Shown here: in pieces, positions 45,879 to 56,119 of the stretch
How the letters are laid out: every line of letters begins with the position of its first letter
How positions within the stretch are numbered: the stretch's first letter is position 1
Assembly: GCA_003218975.1 (NCBI GenBank)
Contig: QHPD01000098.1
Location: 11,880-75,879, forward strand
Source: Verrucomicrobiota bacterium
GTDB lineage: Bacteria; Verrucomicrobiota; Verrucomicrobiia; Chthoniobacterales; UBA10450
Reading direction: 5' to 3'
Length of the DNA: 64,000 bases
The notes under the pieces: model-generated
Databases searched by the model: none
What the model was told of the DNA's origin: nothing
The model's input: only the letters and a program-made list of their open reading frames with translations
Position numbers and translations under genes: made by a program

Positions 45879-46850
45879 ATGACGACGGCCGATTTCATGT
45901 TCGCTCGGTCAGGCAGCCGAACGCTCGATCACGACTATGACGCGCGAACGGTTTTGCTGGCACTGCTGGCAGCCATCTTCCTTCATTTGGCAGTCGCATG
46001 CCTGCTTGCTGCGTTAAGCGGAGTTTTCTCGCCGGCGACTCCGTTCGACGAAAAGCCGGTTGAACTCACGTTTGTCGATCTTTCGCCAGCGCAGCTAGTC
46101 TCGAAGAATCCTGCGTTTATCGAGACCGACGAGTCAAAAAAATCGGCCGAGGCGCCGAGGGAAAAGACATTTGAATCGAATGCCAACTCCATTGCGGCGA
46201 GCGAACTTCCCGCGAGCGGCGAAGCGCCACTGCCGTCGCAAATGGGAAAAGATCGGCCGTTTGTCGATTTGGAAACACATCCGTACTCGCTCCAGATGAA
46301 TGGGGCACAACCGCAACCGAGCGCAGTACCGCAAGAAAATCCAAGTCCCTCGGCGGCGCCGCAGACGAGACCTGGTCCGGTGACCGCAGCGGAGCAATTT
46401 GCGATGTTAACCGCGAGATCTACTCCGGCAGCCGCGTCCGCGGTTGCGGCGCAACCGCGCTCCGCATATCAGCCCTTAAAAGAGCGAACCCACATCTCAG
46501 GAAACATCACCAATCGCGGAATTTCCTCGGTTAACGCGCTGGGCACGCCGCTTGGCCGCTACGAAAAAATTTTGAAAGATGCAGTTGGATCGCGTTGGTA
46601 CGCGTATGTGGATCACAAGCGTGATTTAATTAATATCGGCACACTGCGGCTTCGATTTTACATCGATCGAAGCGGACAAGTGAAGGCTCTGAAAATTATT
46701 GAGAACAGTTCGAACGAGGCATTCGCCAATGTCTGCTTGCAATCGGTGCTCGAGGCACAACTTCCGCCGATTCCCGAGGATGTGGCGAACACGTTGCCAT
46801 CCGAGGGCCTAGAAGTGGACGGATTCACTTTCACCATTTATCCAAATTGA
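45879..46850 (+). CDS. tonB: TonB-family energy transducer
   Basis: N-terminal TM, Pro/Ala/Ser-rich linker, and C-terminal TonB_C-like domain (GQVKALKIIENSSNEAFANVCLQSV). Followed by exbB and exbD. Confidence 0.7.
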   Translation: MTTADFMFARSGSRTLDHDYDARTVLLALLAAIFLHLAVACLLAALSGVFSPATPFDEKPVELTFVDLSPAQLVSKNPAFIETDESKKSAEAPREKTFESNANSIAASELPASGEAPLPSQMGKDRPFVDLETHPYSLQMNGAQPQPSAVPQENPSPSAAPQTRPGPVTAAEQFAMLTARSTPAAASAVAAQPRSAYQPLKERTHISGNITNRGISSVNALGTPLGRYEKILKDAVGSRWYAYVDHKRDLINIGTLRLRFYIDRSGQVKALKIIENSSNEAFANVCLQSVLEAQLPPIPEDVANTLPSEGLEVDGFTFTIYPN

Positions 46851-47569
46851 TGATTGCCGCCTGGATCATTGCCGAAACGACGGGAATCGTGAAGATCGTG
46901 CTCGGATTCCTCGCGCGGGGCGGTCTTTTTATGTGGCCGCTACTGGCCTGCTCGATTGTCTCGGTGACCACAATGATTTTACGCGGCCTCGCCTTGAGAG
47001 AGAAAAAGGTCATGCCGCCGGCAATTGAGGACGAAATAGAACGTTTGGTACCAGGCGGAAGCCCCGAGCGGCTCTCACGCCTTGTGCATCATGATCGCTC
47101 CTCACTCGCGCAGATCACGCGTGTCGCGTTGCAACATTTGCGCGGGCCGCGCTCGGAAAACGTGGAAGTGGTTCAAACCCGTGCGCGTCACGAGATGGTG
47201 CGCCTGGAAAGAGGTCTCATCGTTCTGGAAGTCATTGTAGGGATCGCGCCTCTCCTCGGTTTGATCGGCGCGGTTTCGGGACTGGTGCATGTTTTTTCCC
47301 ATCTCGGATTGAGCTCGGGCGCATCGGACACGCGCCAGATTGCGCTCGGCATCGCTGAGGCATTGAATGCAACCGTTTTCGGGCTTTCGATCGCGGTGCC
47401 GACCCTGATCGGGTTCACCTATTTCTCGAGAAAAGTAGAAGTGATGTCGGTGGAGATGGAAACGCTGGTCGTCGAGTTAATTAACAAATGCTATTACGGC
47501 CGCTCCCCGCGCGAATTCGAGAGAGCACAACCGTCCCCCGCCTCACAGGTACCGACGCCGGTAGCGTGA
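46847..47569 (+). CDS. exbB: MotA/TolQ/ExbB proton channel
   Basis: Conserved C-terminal TM pair (IAPLLGLIGAVSGL ... IAEALNATVFGLSIAVP). Confidence 0.85.
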   Translation: MMIAAWIIAETTGIVKIVLGFLARGGLFMWPLLACSIVSVTTMILRGLALREKKVMPPAIEDEIERLVPGGSPERLSRLVHHDRSSLAQITRVALQHLRGPRSENVEVVQTRARHEMVRLERGLIVLEVIVGIAPLLGLIGAVSGLVHVFSHLGLSSGASDTRQIALGIAEALNATVFGLSIAVPTLIGFTYFSRKVEVMSVEMETLVVELINKCYYGRSPREFERAQPSPASQVPTPVA

Positions 47570-47591
47570 AACGAGCGGCGAATTTCATTCC

Positions 47592-47999
47592 ATGAACTTT
47601 GCAGTGCGAAAACGGCGGGCGCCCCTCATTATCATTGTTTCACTCGTCGATATTCTCATCATACTGCTGATCTTCTTTGTCGTCTCGACGACATTTAAGA
47701 AAGACCAGCCGGAGGTTCAGATTAATCTGCCGGAGTCCAAAACAGCGAAGAAGCTGCCGGCTGAACTCGAACACGCGATTGTCAGTGTCGATGAAAATGA
47801 CGACATCAAACTGGACGGACGAGCCATAAGCGTGGACACGCTGGAGGGCGCAGTGCGCGATTTGCCCGAGGGGCGGAAATCAACGCTCGCGCTGCAGGCA
47901 GACAGAAAAGCCTCGTTCGGGGCGATCATCAAAGTGATGGACGCGCTGAAGCTGGCGGGGGTGAGAAACTTGCCGGCCTTTACTCGAGAAGAGAAATGA
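47592..47999 (+). CDS. exbD: ExbD/TolR biopolymer transport protein
   Basis: Single TM (LVDILIILLIFF) plus the periplasmic domain pattern. Confidence 0.85.
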   Translation: MNFAVRKRRAPLIIIVSLVDILIILLIFFVVSTTFKKDQPEVQINLPESKTAKKLPAELEHAIVSVDENDDIKLDGRAISVDTLEGAVRDLPEGRKSTLALQADRKASFGAIIKVMDALKLAGVRNLPAFTREEK

Positions 48000-48604
48000 T
48001 CTTGTCGATCTTGCAGTATGGCGACCCGATCCTACGGGCGAAGGGCAAACGGATCGAGAAGATCGACGATCGGATTCGCGAACTTGCTGTGAACATGATC
48101 GAGACAATGCACGCTGTCCACGGTGTGGGCCTGGCGGCCCAGCAAATCGGTGAAGCTTTACAACTCACGGTGCTCGACGTTTCGCAGGTCGAAGATCGGC
48201 CAAGCACCATGAAATTGAATGGCCAGAATGTCGATCCAGTAGCTGAGATGCCACTGGTGTTGATCAATCCTGAGATCGAGTTGCGCGGCGAAACAGAGGT
48301 GGGAGTGGAAGGCTGCTTAAGTTTTCCCGAGATCTCTGGCGACATCGAACGGCCGAAGTCGGTGGTTGCGCGCGCGCAAACTTTGGAAGGCGACAATGTC
48401 GAGATCGAAGCGAGTGGCTTGTTGTCGCGCGTGATCCAACATGAATTCGATCATCTTTATGGGATCCTCTTTATTGATCGAATGAATTCAGCGGCAAAAG
48501 CCGCCTTGTCGAGTCGGCTGAGGCGGATGCAAGAGGAAACCAGGCGCGGCAAACGGATTCGTCCGCAGGAACAACAATCGCTGGTGACCGAGACGACGTT
48601 GTAG
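47996..48604 (+). CDS. def: peptide deformylase
   Basis: GVGLAAQQIG, EGCLSFP, QHEFDHL motifs. Confidence 0.95.
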   Translation: MILSILQYGDPILRAKGKRIEKIDDRIRELAVNMIETMHAVHGVGLAAQQIGEALQLTVLDVSQVEDRPSTMKLNGQNVDPVAEMPLVLINPEIELRGETEVGVEGCLSFPEISGDIERPKSVVARAQTLEGDNVEIEASGLLSRVIQHEFDHLYGILFIDRMNSAAKAALSSRLRRMQEETRRGKRIRPQEQQSLVTETTL

Positions 48605-48622
48605 CCTTAATCTTAATTCTCA

Positions 48623-48664
48623 TCGTATTCCTATTTGTATTCGCAATTAGGAATAAGAATACGA
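48623..48664. terminator. weak AT-rich hairpin between convergent def and the 48683 gene
   Basis: TCGTATTC ... GAATACGA 8-bp arms, with an alternative ATTCCT/AGGAAT pairing. Confidence 0.25.
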
Positions 48665-48682
48665 GTAGAGTACGAGGGAAAA

Positions 48683-49255
48683 CTACAGCGCTTTGTAATC
48701 CACACTGATGGTCCGGTAAACGAGCGCGTCGTGTTGCGCTGAGAAATAGAACAATTCGAGCATGGTTGCGCCGACCATCCATTGATAGCCAACCAGCGTC
48801 TGGATCACGTCGGTGTCGGTATCGCGAGAACGGGAGACCAATTTTCCCGTTCCGTACTTCTCATCGAAGTATCTGCGAATTTCTCCCATCCGCTGGTTGT
48901 AGCGCTCGATGGTCCAGTCCGGATATTCATATTGCAACTCCACTTCAAGCAGTCCCCGTTGTTTGAAGGTAAAAAGGGTGCGCTTTAAACCCGGATGCAC
49001 CAGGCCTTCCACCGTCCAGACCTCTCGGTTTTCTTTTTTCTCGCGCGATACAATTTTGGCCTTCGCGCCATGCAACACCGCTTCCACGCGCGCCATGGAG
49101 TCGTTCCAACGAAAACCGAACGGCGGCAACAGCTCTTCGAGAGCCTGTGCGGATGATCCCAAAAAACAGAAAGCAATCAAAGCAGTGGGAAGAATGCGCC
49201 GGACTGCGCGGCTCCGGATGGAAAAGATGACGCTGTCCGTTTTCCGATTCGTCAT
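48683..49255 (-). CDS. hypothetical secreted protein
   Basis: Signal peptide (LPTALIAFCFLGSSAQA). No recognised domain. Confidence 0.5.
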   Translation of the reverse strand: MTNRKTDSVIFSIRSRAVRRILPTALIAFCFLGSSAQALEELLPPFGFRWNDSMARVEAVLHGAKAKIVSREKKENREVWTVEGLVHPGLKRTLFTFKQRGLLEVELQYEYPDWTIERYNQRMGEIRRYFDEKYGTGKLVSRSRDTDTDVIQTLVGYQWMVGATMLELFYFSAQHDALVYRTISVDYKAL

Positions 49256-49439
49256 TTGCGTTCGCGTTTCTGCATTTTCGATTCGCCGAACATTCCCTCA
49301 ACCACGCTGGAGTCGCAAAAATGCGCGCGCGCGCCAATTCGGTCAACTCGCGAAAACTCGCCACAGGACGAGTCCGTCCGACCGGCGGACTTTCGGAGTC
49401 AACTGGCAGCGCGGCCTCAAATTATCGTCGCTCCGCGGA

Positions 49440-49868
49440 GAGGCTCACTTTGGTTTTTCAGTCAAGAAATTTTTTTTGGTCCGATAAAAATAAAATTCAT
49501 TTTTTTCTTGTCGATTTTAGCGGCGATTTCTAGTCTCAAGCCCGCTGGCGGGGCAGAGAAGGATTGAATGTGAATAAGTTGTGAACATTTCCGAGAAACT
49601 TTTAGCTGCGCGAATGAAACGCCCCCAAACCTCTCCAAACAAAATCGCTCCTGCGAATCGCAATCTCTCCACGGCCGGTCCACTACTGGACAGCACCGAA
49701 TTCAATTTCCCCTCGCATTTACGTGTTTCTGGCATTTTTTTCCAGCATTTCATTGGGAAATTGCACCGGGGACGACGCCGGAATGACTCTGGTGTCGCGG
49801 GACGATTTTCCCCGGCACAGGCCTCTGTGGCAATTGTGTAACGCTGTTAACAACTTGCTATGGATAAG
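49440..49868. other. candidate oriC region upstream of dnaA
   Basis: AT-rich tract at 49465-49520 and degenerate DnaA boxes: TGTGAATAA (49569-49577), TGTGAACAT (49580-49588), TGTGGCAAT (49825-49833), TATGGATAA (49859-49867). Classic position 5' of dnaA-dnaN. Confidence 0.45.
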
Positions 49869-51221
49869 AAATACGCCCAGCTCTGGCAGCGATTGGCGGC
49901 CGCACTGAAACCGCAAATCAGTACCGACAGCTTCAACCGTTGGTTTTCTGCCGTTGAACTGGTCGAAGCCACGGATAAATCGCTCACGCTCCGCGTTCCA
50001 AATAACATCTATCAATTTTGGATCGAGAGTAACTATATGACCGCATTGCAGAACGCCATTGTTACTGCACTTGGAAGCCCGCGCGCCGTGAAGTTTGCCT
50101 CGCCCTCGGGAACTGCCGGGCAAACACCTCTGGAGGATTTAAGTGCGCTAAAAGGGATTTCACCTGAGCCGTCGTCTGGCGCAAAAGCGAGTGCAAGCGT
50201 CCTCGGTCTCAATCCACGAAACACGTTCGAATCTTTTGTGGTCGGCCCGAACAATGAAATTGCGCACGCCGCGGCCCTTGCCGTAGCTCAAGCGCCGGCG
50301 CGGACTTACAATCCGCTGTTCATTTATGGCGGCGTTGGTCTCGGCAAGACGCATCTGATGCAGGCGATCGGTCAGTATGTCTGGGCTAAGAACAAAAACG
50401 TGAAGGTGATGTACCTCTCCAGCGAGCTCTTCATCAACGAATTCATCGATGCCATCCAGCACAGCAATTTGGTGAAATTCCGGAAGCGCTATCGCCAGGC
50501 AGATCTCCTTTTGATCGACGACATTCAGTTTCTCGGAGGCAAGGAGCGCTCGCAGGAAGAATTTTTCCACACGTTCAATACACTCTTCGACGGACATAAA
50601 CAAATTGTGCTCTCATGCGACCGTCCCGCGTCGGAGATCGCAAACCTTGAGCACCGCCTTGTTTCCCGCTTCGAGTGGGGGTTGACGGCAGAGCTTCAAC
50701 CGCCGGACATCGAGACGCGTCTGGCGATCTTGCGAAAAAAAGCGCGCACCATGCAGATCAAACTGCGCGACGAGGTTTTGCAGTTTTTGGCGAGTCGCAT
50801 TCGCACCAACATTCGTCGCTTGGAGGGTGCGCTGATGCGTGTGGCCTCGTTTGCATCACTCAGTGGAAAAGAGCTCACGCAGGAAGTGATTGAGCATTTG
50901 CTGAAAGATATCTTGCAGGAAGAAGGACGGCACTCTATCACGATCGAACAAATTCAGCGGCGTGTGGCCGAACACTTCGACGTACGGCTGGCCGATATGA
51001 CAAGCAAACGGCGCCCGGCCAGTATCGCTTTTCCGCGACAGGTAGCGATGTATCTGGCGCGCGAGCTCACCAAAGCCTCGCTGAATGAAATCGGAGATGC
51101 ATTCGGCGGACGCGATCACGGCACGGTCCTGCACGCTTGTAAATTGGTAAAGAGACGCATGACCGAGCAGGACAATATTCGCCAGACGATCTCGTTTATC
51201 GACAGCTCGCTGCAGAGGTAG
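49860..51221 (+). CDS. dnaA: chromosomal replication initiator DnaA
   Basis: AAA+ Walker A GGVGLGKTHL, box VII, and a C-terminal DNA-binding helix-turn-helix (GGRDHGTVLHA). Confidence 0.97.
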   Translation: MDKKYAQLWQRLAAALKPQISTDSFNRWFSAVELVEATDKSLTLRVPNNIYQFWIESNYMTALQNAIVTALGSPRAVKFASPSGTAGQTPLEDLSALKGISPEPSSGAKASASVLGLNPRNTFESFVVGPNNEIAHAAALAVAQAPARTYNPLFIYGGVGLGKTHLMQAIGQYVWAKNKNVKVMYLSSELFINEFIDAIQHSNLVKFRKRYRQADLLLIDDIQFLGGKERSQEEFFHTFNTLFDGHKQIVLSCDRPASEIANLEHRLVSRFEWGLTAELQPPDIETRLAILRKKARTMQIKLRDEVLQFLASRIRTNIRRLEGALMRVASFASLSGKELTQEVIEHLLKDILQEEGRHSITIEQIQRRVAEHFDVRLADMTSKRRPASIAFPRQVAMYLARELTKASLNEIGDAFGGRDHGTVLHACKLVKRRMTEQDNIRQTISFIDSSLQR

Positions 51222-51313
51222 CGTGACGATCTCAACTCGCGAAAGCTCTTGCGCTGACTTTGCGGTTGCCGAATAAAATCCAAAGCCTTACATCTTAGGT
51301 GCTCTTTTCCATC

Positions 51314-52411
51314 ATGAAATTCAGTGTTACAAAAGAAAAACTGCTCGAAGGCCTGCAACAGGTGCAAAACGTAGTCAGCACCCGCACCACCCTCCCCATT
51401 CTCTCCAACGTTCTGTTGCAAGCGAACGGCAACGAAATTCATCTCACCACTACCGATCTTGACGTGGGCGTGCGCGGTAGTTGCGAAGCGGATGTTGAAA
51501 AGGAGGGTGCGACTACTCTACCCGCGCGCCGGCTTTTCAACATCGTTCGCGAACTGCCATCCAGCGAAATTCAGATCGATGTCGACGGAAAGAACGCGGC
51601 TTCAATCCGCAGCGGCCAGAGCTTCTTTAAAATTCTCGGACTGCCGGAGGAAGAATTTCCGCCACTGCCGAAATTTGAGGATGCGAAAGTGGTCACGATT
51701 CGCCAAAAAGATTTGCGTCATGGTCTGCGCAAAACTTCTTACGCCATTTCCACCGATGAGACCCGCTACGTGCTCAACGGCGTTCTTTTCAGTTTCAAGG
51801 ATAACAAGCTCACGCTGGTGGCAACGGACGGGCGGCGACTGGCGATGGTAGAAATCGAACTGGAGTTCCCGCGCAGCCACGAAGCCGATATCATTGTGCC
51901 CACAAAAGCGATCACCGAATTGCAGCGGCTGCTCACCGATGACGGCGAAGTGAAAGTGAGCATGGGCAGCGGGCAGATCGCGTTCGATCTGAACAAAACG
52001 TTGTTGGTCTCGAAATTGATCGAAGGCAATTACCCGAATTATCGCCAGGTCATTCCCACAGAATCGAAAGAGCGGGTAAAACTCGAGCGCGAGACGTTCT
52101 TAAACGCGTTGCGGCGCGTTTCGCTGCTGGCGAGCGACAAATCAAATTCCATCAAGCTGAATTTCAGCAAGAACAATATCGACATCACTGCGAATACGCC
52201 CGAAGTCGGCGAAGCGAAAGAATCGTTGCCGGTCCAGTACAAAGGTCGCGATTTTTCCATTGCTTTTAATCCGGAATTTCTTATGGCGCCGCTGCGCGCC
52301 TTGGCCGAAGACGAAGTCTTCCTCGATCTCATCGACGAGATGAGCCCGGGCGTTCTGAAAATTCAGACGCCGTTTCTCTACGTCCTGATGCCTATGCGCA
52401 TCAGTTCTTGA
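51314..52411 (+). CDS. dnaN: DNA polymerase III beta sliding clamp
   Basis: MKFSVTKEKLLEGLQQVQNVV..RTTLPILSNVLL and the three-domain clamp pattern. Follows dnaA. Confidence 0.95.
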   Translation: MKFSVTKEKLLEGLQQVQNVVSTRTTLPILSNVLLQANGNEIHLTTTDLDVGVRGSCEADVEKEGATTLPARRLFNIVRELPSSEIQIDVDGKNAASIRSGQSFFKILGLPEEEFPPLPKFEDAKVVTIRQKDLRHGLRKTSYAISTDETRYVLNGVLFSFKDNKLTLVATDGRRLAMVEIELEFPRSHEADIIVPTKAITELQRLLTDDGEVKVSMGSGQIAFDLNKTLLVSKLIEGNYPNYRQVIPTESKERVKLERETFLNALRRVSLLASDKSNSIKLNFSKNNIDITANTPEVGEAKESLPVQYKGRDFSIAFNPEFLMAPLRALAEDEVFLDLIDEMSPGVLKIQTPFLYVLMPMRISS

Positions 52412-53358
52412 CGTAGCACAGGTATCCTGTCCTGTGGGTCAAGGAGCGCATCGCGCACAAGATCGACATCGAGCTTTCGCAAATCGCCATTCGGCGCGCG
52501 TATCACGCGCACGTTTTTATTTCTCGGCGCCCAGACATCGGGATCGGTTGGACCAAAGAGCAAAACGCATTTCGCGCCTGCCGCCGCGGCAAGGTGCGAA
52601 ATGCCGCTGTCGTGTCCGATGAAAATCGAATTTTCAAGTAGCGCTGCCAGATGCGCCAGCAGCTGATTTTTCGAGAAAGCAATACGCTCATCTTTCCAGA
52701 GTTCCTCCAAGCGGGCAACTTGAGCGTGATCGGCTTCGCCCGAAATGACCACGATTGATCCACGAAAACTTTCCCGCGCGAGCAACTCGTTTCCAAGGTT
52801 GATCCAGTTTCCCAAAGGCCAATTTTTCTTTTCGCTGCCGCTTCCTGGATGAATCGCAAGAATTGGCCGCGGCAAATTGCGAAGAAACTCGCGTGCGAAT
52901 TTCCGATCTTCCGGAGACGCAAAAATCCTCGCAGCAAGATCGACAACTTTTATGCCCAACTCTTCGACCGGTTTGGCGAGCTGCCGCGCCGCGTGCGCGG
53001 AATTATCAATCTTCGCCGGGCCGCGAATTAGATATTGAACACCGCACGCCAGCAAATTCTGCGCAAAGATTTCATCTGGATCGTAGAGATAGCTGACGAT
53101 CAAATCGAAACTCGCGAAATAATTCGCAAGTTCCGCTGGCTGTTTCGAATTTTTCGCGAAAAAGCTGGAGAGCGGCCCGTATTCGATCGAGCGAACGGCT
53201 TGGGCATAAAACCGATTCTCGGCAAGCACAGCGATGTGTTTGTAGCCGAGGATCTCAATGTGCGCCTGAGGATAGGCGTCGCGCAGCGCCTTGAGCGCCG
53301 GCAGGGTAAGAATGAAATCCCCGATCGCGCCGCCGCGAATCACCAGAATCCTGTTCAT
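52378..53358 (-). CDS. glycosyltransferase family 9 (heptosyltransferase-like)
   Basis: MNRILVIRGGAIGDFILTLPALKAL ... FIGHDSGISHLAAA. ATGA overlap with the pepF stop. The 3' end overlaps the dnaN 3' end by 34 nt. Confidence 0.8.
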   Translation of the reverse strand: MNRILVIRGGAIGDFILTLPALKALRDAYPQAHIEILGYKHIAVLAENRFYAQAVRSIEYGPLSSFFAKNSKQPAELANYFASFDLIVSYLYDPDEIFAQNLLACGVQYLIRGPAKIDNSAHAARQLAKPVEELGIKVVDLAARIFASPEDRKFAREFLRNLPRPILAIHPGSGSEKKNWPLGNWINLGNELLARESFRGSIVVISGEADHAQVARLEELWKDERIAFSKNQLLAHLAALLENSIFIGHDSGISHLAAAAGAKCVLLFGPTDPDVWAPRNKNVRVIRAPNGDLRKLDVDLVRDALLDPQDRIPVLRQELMRIGIRT

Positions 53359-55181
53359 ACCAACAACTCTTCCAATTCCGTGAGCCGCTGTTCGAATAAG
53401 CGCAAGGCACTCTCGATAGGCGCGGATGTAGTCATGTCCACCCCAGCTTCTTTCAATGTCTCCAGCGGAAACTTCGAGCCGCCGGAGCACAGAAAATTAA
53501 GATACACCTCCACGCTTCCCGTTGCGCCGGACAGGACGCGCTGCGAAAGCGCGACCGCAGCCGAAATTCCGGTCGCATATTTATAGACGTAGAACGTATG
53601 GTAGAAATGCGGAATACGCAGGCATTCGAGATCGAGCTCGGGATCTAGCGTGAAGTTCTCAGCAAAATAGGTCTCGAGGAGCCTGTGATATTCCGATTTG
53701 AAAACATCGAGGGTCAGCGCGTCGCCACTTTCCTCGATGGCATGAATAATTTTCTCGAATTCAGCAAACATCGTCTGGCGGAATAGCGTGCCGCGCAGGT
53801 CATCGATTTGCCGGTTGATAATGTAAGCCCGCATCTTCGGATCGGTCGTCGTCTCGAGCAGATGATGCGTTAGCAGTTCTTCGTTGAATGTCGATGCGAC
53901 TTCCGCCAGAAAAATCGGATACTCGTAGTCCTGAAACAGCTGCGAATTTTGCGAGAACCAACTGTGCATGGAGTGACCGGCTTCGTGCGCGAGCGTGTAA
54001 ACATCAGCGAAAACGTCCTTCTTGTAATTCATCAGGATGTAGGGCGGCGCGTCGTAGCTGCCGGATGAAAACGCGCCGCTGCGTTTGCCTTTGGTCTCGT
54101 AGCGATCGCACCAGCGACCGGTGCGCAAGCCTTCCGCCAGCACATCCACATACCTCTTCCCCAGCGGGTCGAGCGCGCCTAAGACCATCTCCGCAGCCTC
54201 ATCAAAGGTGAAGCTGGTCTCGATTTCCGGAACGAGCGGAACGTAAGTGTCGTAATGATGCAGCTCACGCAACTCCAGTGCGCGCCGGCGCAAATCGAAA
54301 TAGCGAAAAAGCGGTTTCAAATTCGCGCGGACCGATTGGATTAGTCCGTCATAAACCACGACCGGCACATCGTCCGGAAACAGCGCCGCCTCGAGCGCCG
54401 ATGGATAATGTCTTGCTCGCGCGCGAAAGACATCTGCCTTGACCGAGTAGGCAAGGGCCGCGGCCAGCGTGTACTGATGATCTTGAAATTCGGCGTAGAA
54501 CTGGTGGAAGGCGCGTTTGCGCAGCTCGTGATTCCGTTTCACCAAAAATGAGCTGAACGAACTTTGTGTAAGCGGTCTCTCACGTCCGGCTGCATCCGTT
54601 AAGACACCGAATTTCATGTCCACATCGGTCAGCTGCGAAAAGGTGTCGTCGTAACCACTGAGCGCGACGCTGCCCAGCGCGAGAATGCGCTCCTCGGGCG
54701 CGGAAAGCACATGCGGTTTCATCCGCCGAATTTTTTGCAACTTGATTCGCCAATCCTTCAACGCTGGATCGGCAATGAATCGCGCGAACTGCTCATCGTC
54801 GATCGCCTGAATTTCGGGGACAACGAACGCGGCCGCTTCACCGATTTTAGTAAGCAGATTCTGAACCTGACCAACTCGCGCCAGGTATTCGTTGTTCGCG
54901 CTGTCCTCCGCCAACTGCAGTGACGCATAGTGATAAACACGCTCCATCCTCAAATCGAGCGACTTCTCGAACTCAAGAACCTCCGCCAATGTTTGCGCTG
55001 ATTCCCCTACTCGGCCCTTCCACTGCGCAATGTTCGGATACATTCGCTGAACCCGGGCAAAATCTTCCTGCCACTTGCTAACATCGGCAAAGAGCTGCGT
55101 CAGGTCCCACTTGTCGGACTCGGGTATGTCAGTGCGAGTTGGAACGTCACCGGGAGACATTGGAAAACTTTCAGCTTTCAA
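53355..55181 (-). CDS. pepF: oligoendopeptidase F (M3B)
   Basis: HEAGHSMH zinc motif. Length and pattern are typical of PepF. Confidence 0.9.
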   Translation of the reverse strand: MKAESFPMSPGDVPTRTDIPESDKWDLTQLFADVSKWQEDFARVQRMYPNIAQWKGRVGESAQTLAEVLEFEKSLDLRMERVYHYASLQLAEDSANNEYLARVGQVQNLLTKIGEAAAFVVPEIQAIDDEQFARFIADPALKDWRIKLQKIRRMKPHVLSAPEERILALGSVALSGYDDTFSQLTDVDMKFGVLTDAAGRERPLTQSSFSSFLVKRNHELRKRAFHQFYAEFQDHQYTLAAALAYSVKADVFRARARHYPSALEAALFPDDVPVVVYDGLIQSVRANLKPLFRYFDLRRRALELRELHHYDTYVPLVPEIETSFTFDEAAEMVLGALDPLGKRYVDVLAEGLRTGRWCDRYETKGKRSGAFSSGSYDAPPYILMNYKKDVFADVYTLAHEAGHSMHSWFSQNSQLFQDYEYPIFLAEVASTFNEELLTHHLLETTTDPKMRAYIINRQIDDLRGTLFRQTMFAEFEKIIHAIEESGDALTLDVFKSEYHRLLETYFAENFTLDPELDLECLRIPHFYHTFYVYKYATGISAAVALSQRVLSGATGSVEVYLNFLCSGGSKFPLETLKEAGVDMTTSAPIESALRLFEQRLTELEELLV

Positions 55182-55226
55182 CGCTCAACTTTCAACGCAC
55201 CAATAGGTGCCACTGCAATGGGCGTT

Positions 55227-55850
55227 TCAGTTTGTTCGCAGTTCACGTATCGCTGGATGCCGCGCGATAAGCGTGAGCGCTCGCTTAAGCAGTTCCTTGC
55301 CGGGCGAGATTTTGTGCCAGGGCGATACACCGGATGGATGTGGGAGCGGAATGAGATCGAAAACATGGCCGGCTCGGTGGACGCGAAATTTGCAGCCGAT
55401 CACCTTTTCTAAGTTCGCGCATTCTACAAACTGTGTGATCGCCAGCCGCCCGACCGGAATCACGAGGCGCGGTTTTAGAATCCTGATTTCCTCATCCATC
55501 CAGGAAGAGCAGTTGCGAATCTCGTCCGGGGATGGAACGCGGTCGCTGCCGCTCGAATTTTTTCCGGGAAAACATCGGCACACCGCTGCGAAATAAATCG
55601 TCGATCGAACGGTTGCTTCGTTCATCCCGCAAAATTCTTCCAACCAGCAAAAAAGTGTTTTGCCAGCAGTATGCGCAAAGGGCCGCTGCAATACTGGTTC
55701 TCTTGGGCCGGGCGCCTGTCCAACGACCATTACGTCGCTCACGATTGTGCCGCCTGAGACGGGCGTCGATTGCATGCGCGGGCAACGACGGCATTGCAGC
55801 AACTCAGCAATATGGCGTTCGAGTTGGACCTGTTTATGAGGCACTATCAT
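55227..55850 (-). CDS. uracil-DNA glycosylase superfamily protein
   Basis: CRRCPR, VMVVGQAPG, and IPLPHPSG motifs. ATG 55850 was chosen within a longer ORF. Confidence 0.7.
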   Translation of the reverse strand: MIVPHKQVQLERHIAELLQCRRCPRMQSTPVSGGTIVSDVMVVGQAPGPREPVLQRPFAHTAGKTLFCWLEEFCGMNEATVRSTIYFAAVCRCFPGKNSSGSDRVPSPDEIRNCSSWMDEEIRILKPRLVIPVGRLAITQFVECANLEKVIGCKFRVHRAGHVFDLIPLPHPSGVSPWHKISPGKELLKRALTLIARHPAIRELRTN

Positions 55851-56071
55851 CAGCGCCGAAAGATTGAGAAGATCGACAAGAGCAAACTGAGCAAAATGCT
55901 GAGGACGATGCAGGTGACGATTGGAAAATAGAATGCGGAGTGCTCGCGCTCGATCCGAATATCCCCGGGCAATCGTCCCAGCCATTTCGGAGCGAAGCCG
56001 CTCCACATGACCAGCCCGATCAATGTCATGATGACGCCGATGATGACCACAAATTTTCCTAGCTCGCGCAT
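55850..56071 (-). CDS. DUF2905 small membrane protein
   Basis: LPGDIRIEREHSAFYFPIVTCIVLSILLS pattern. Its stop shares one base with the next start (TGATG). Confidence 0.65.
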   Translation of the reverse strand: MRELGKFVVIIGVIMTLIGLVMWSGFAPKWLGRLPGDIRIEREHSAFYFPIVTCIVLSILLSLLLSIFSIFRR

Positions 56072-56119
56072 CGTCCAAAAGTTGCGTGAATTGCGCGGAG
56101 GCACAAGGTTGGGGAGCCG

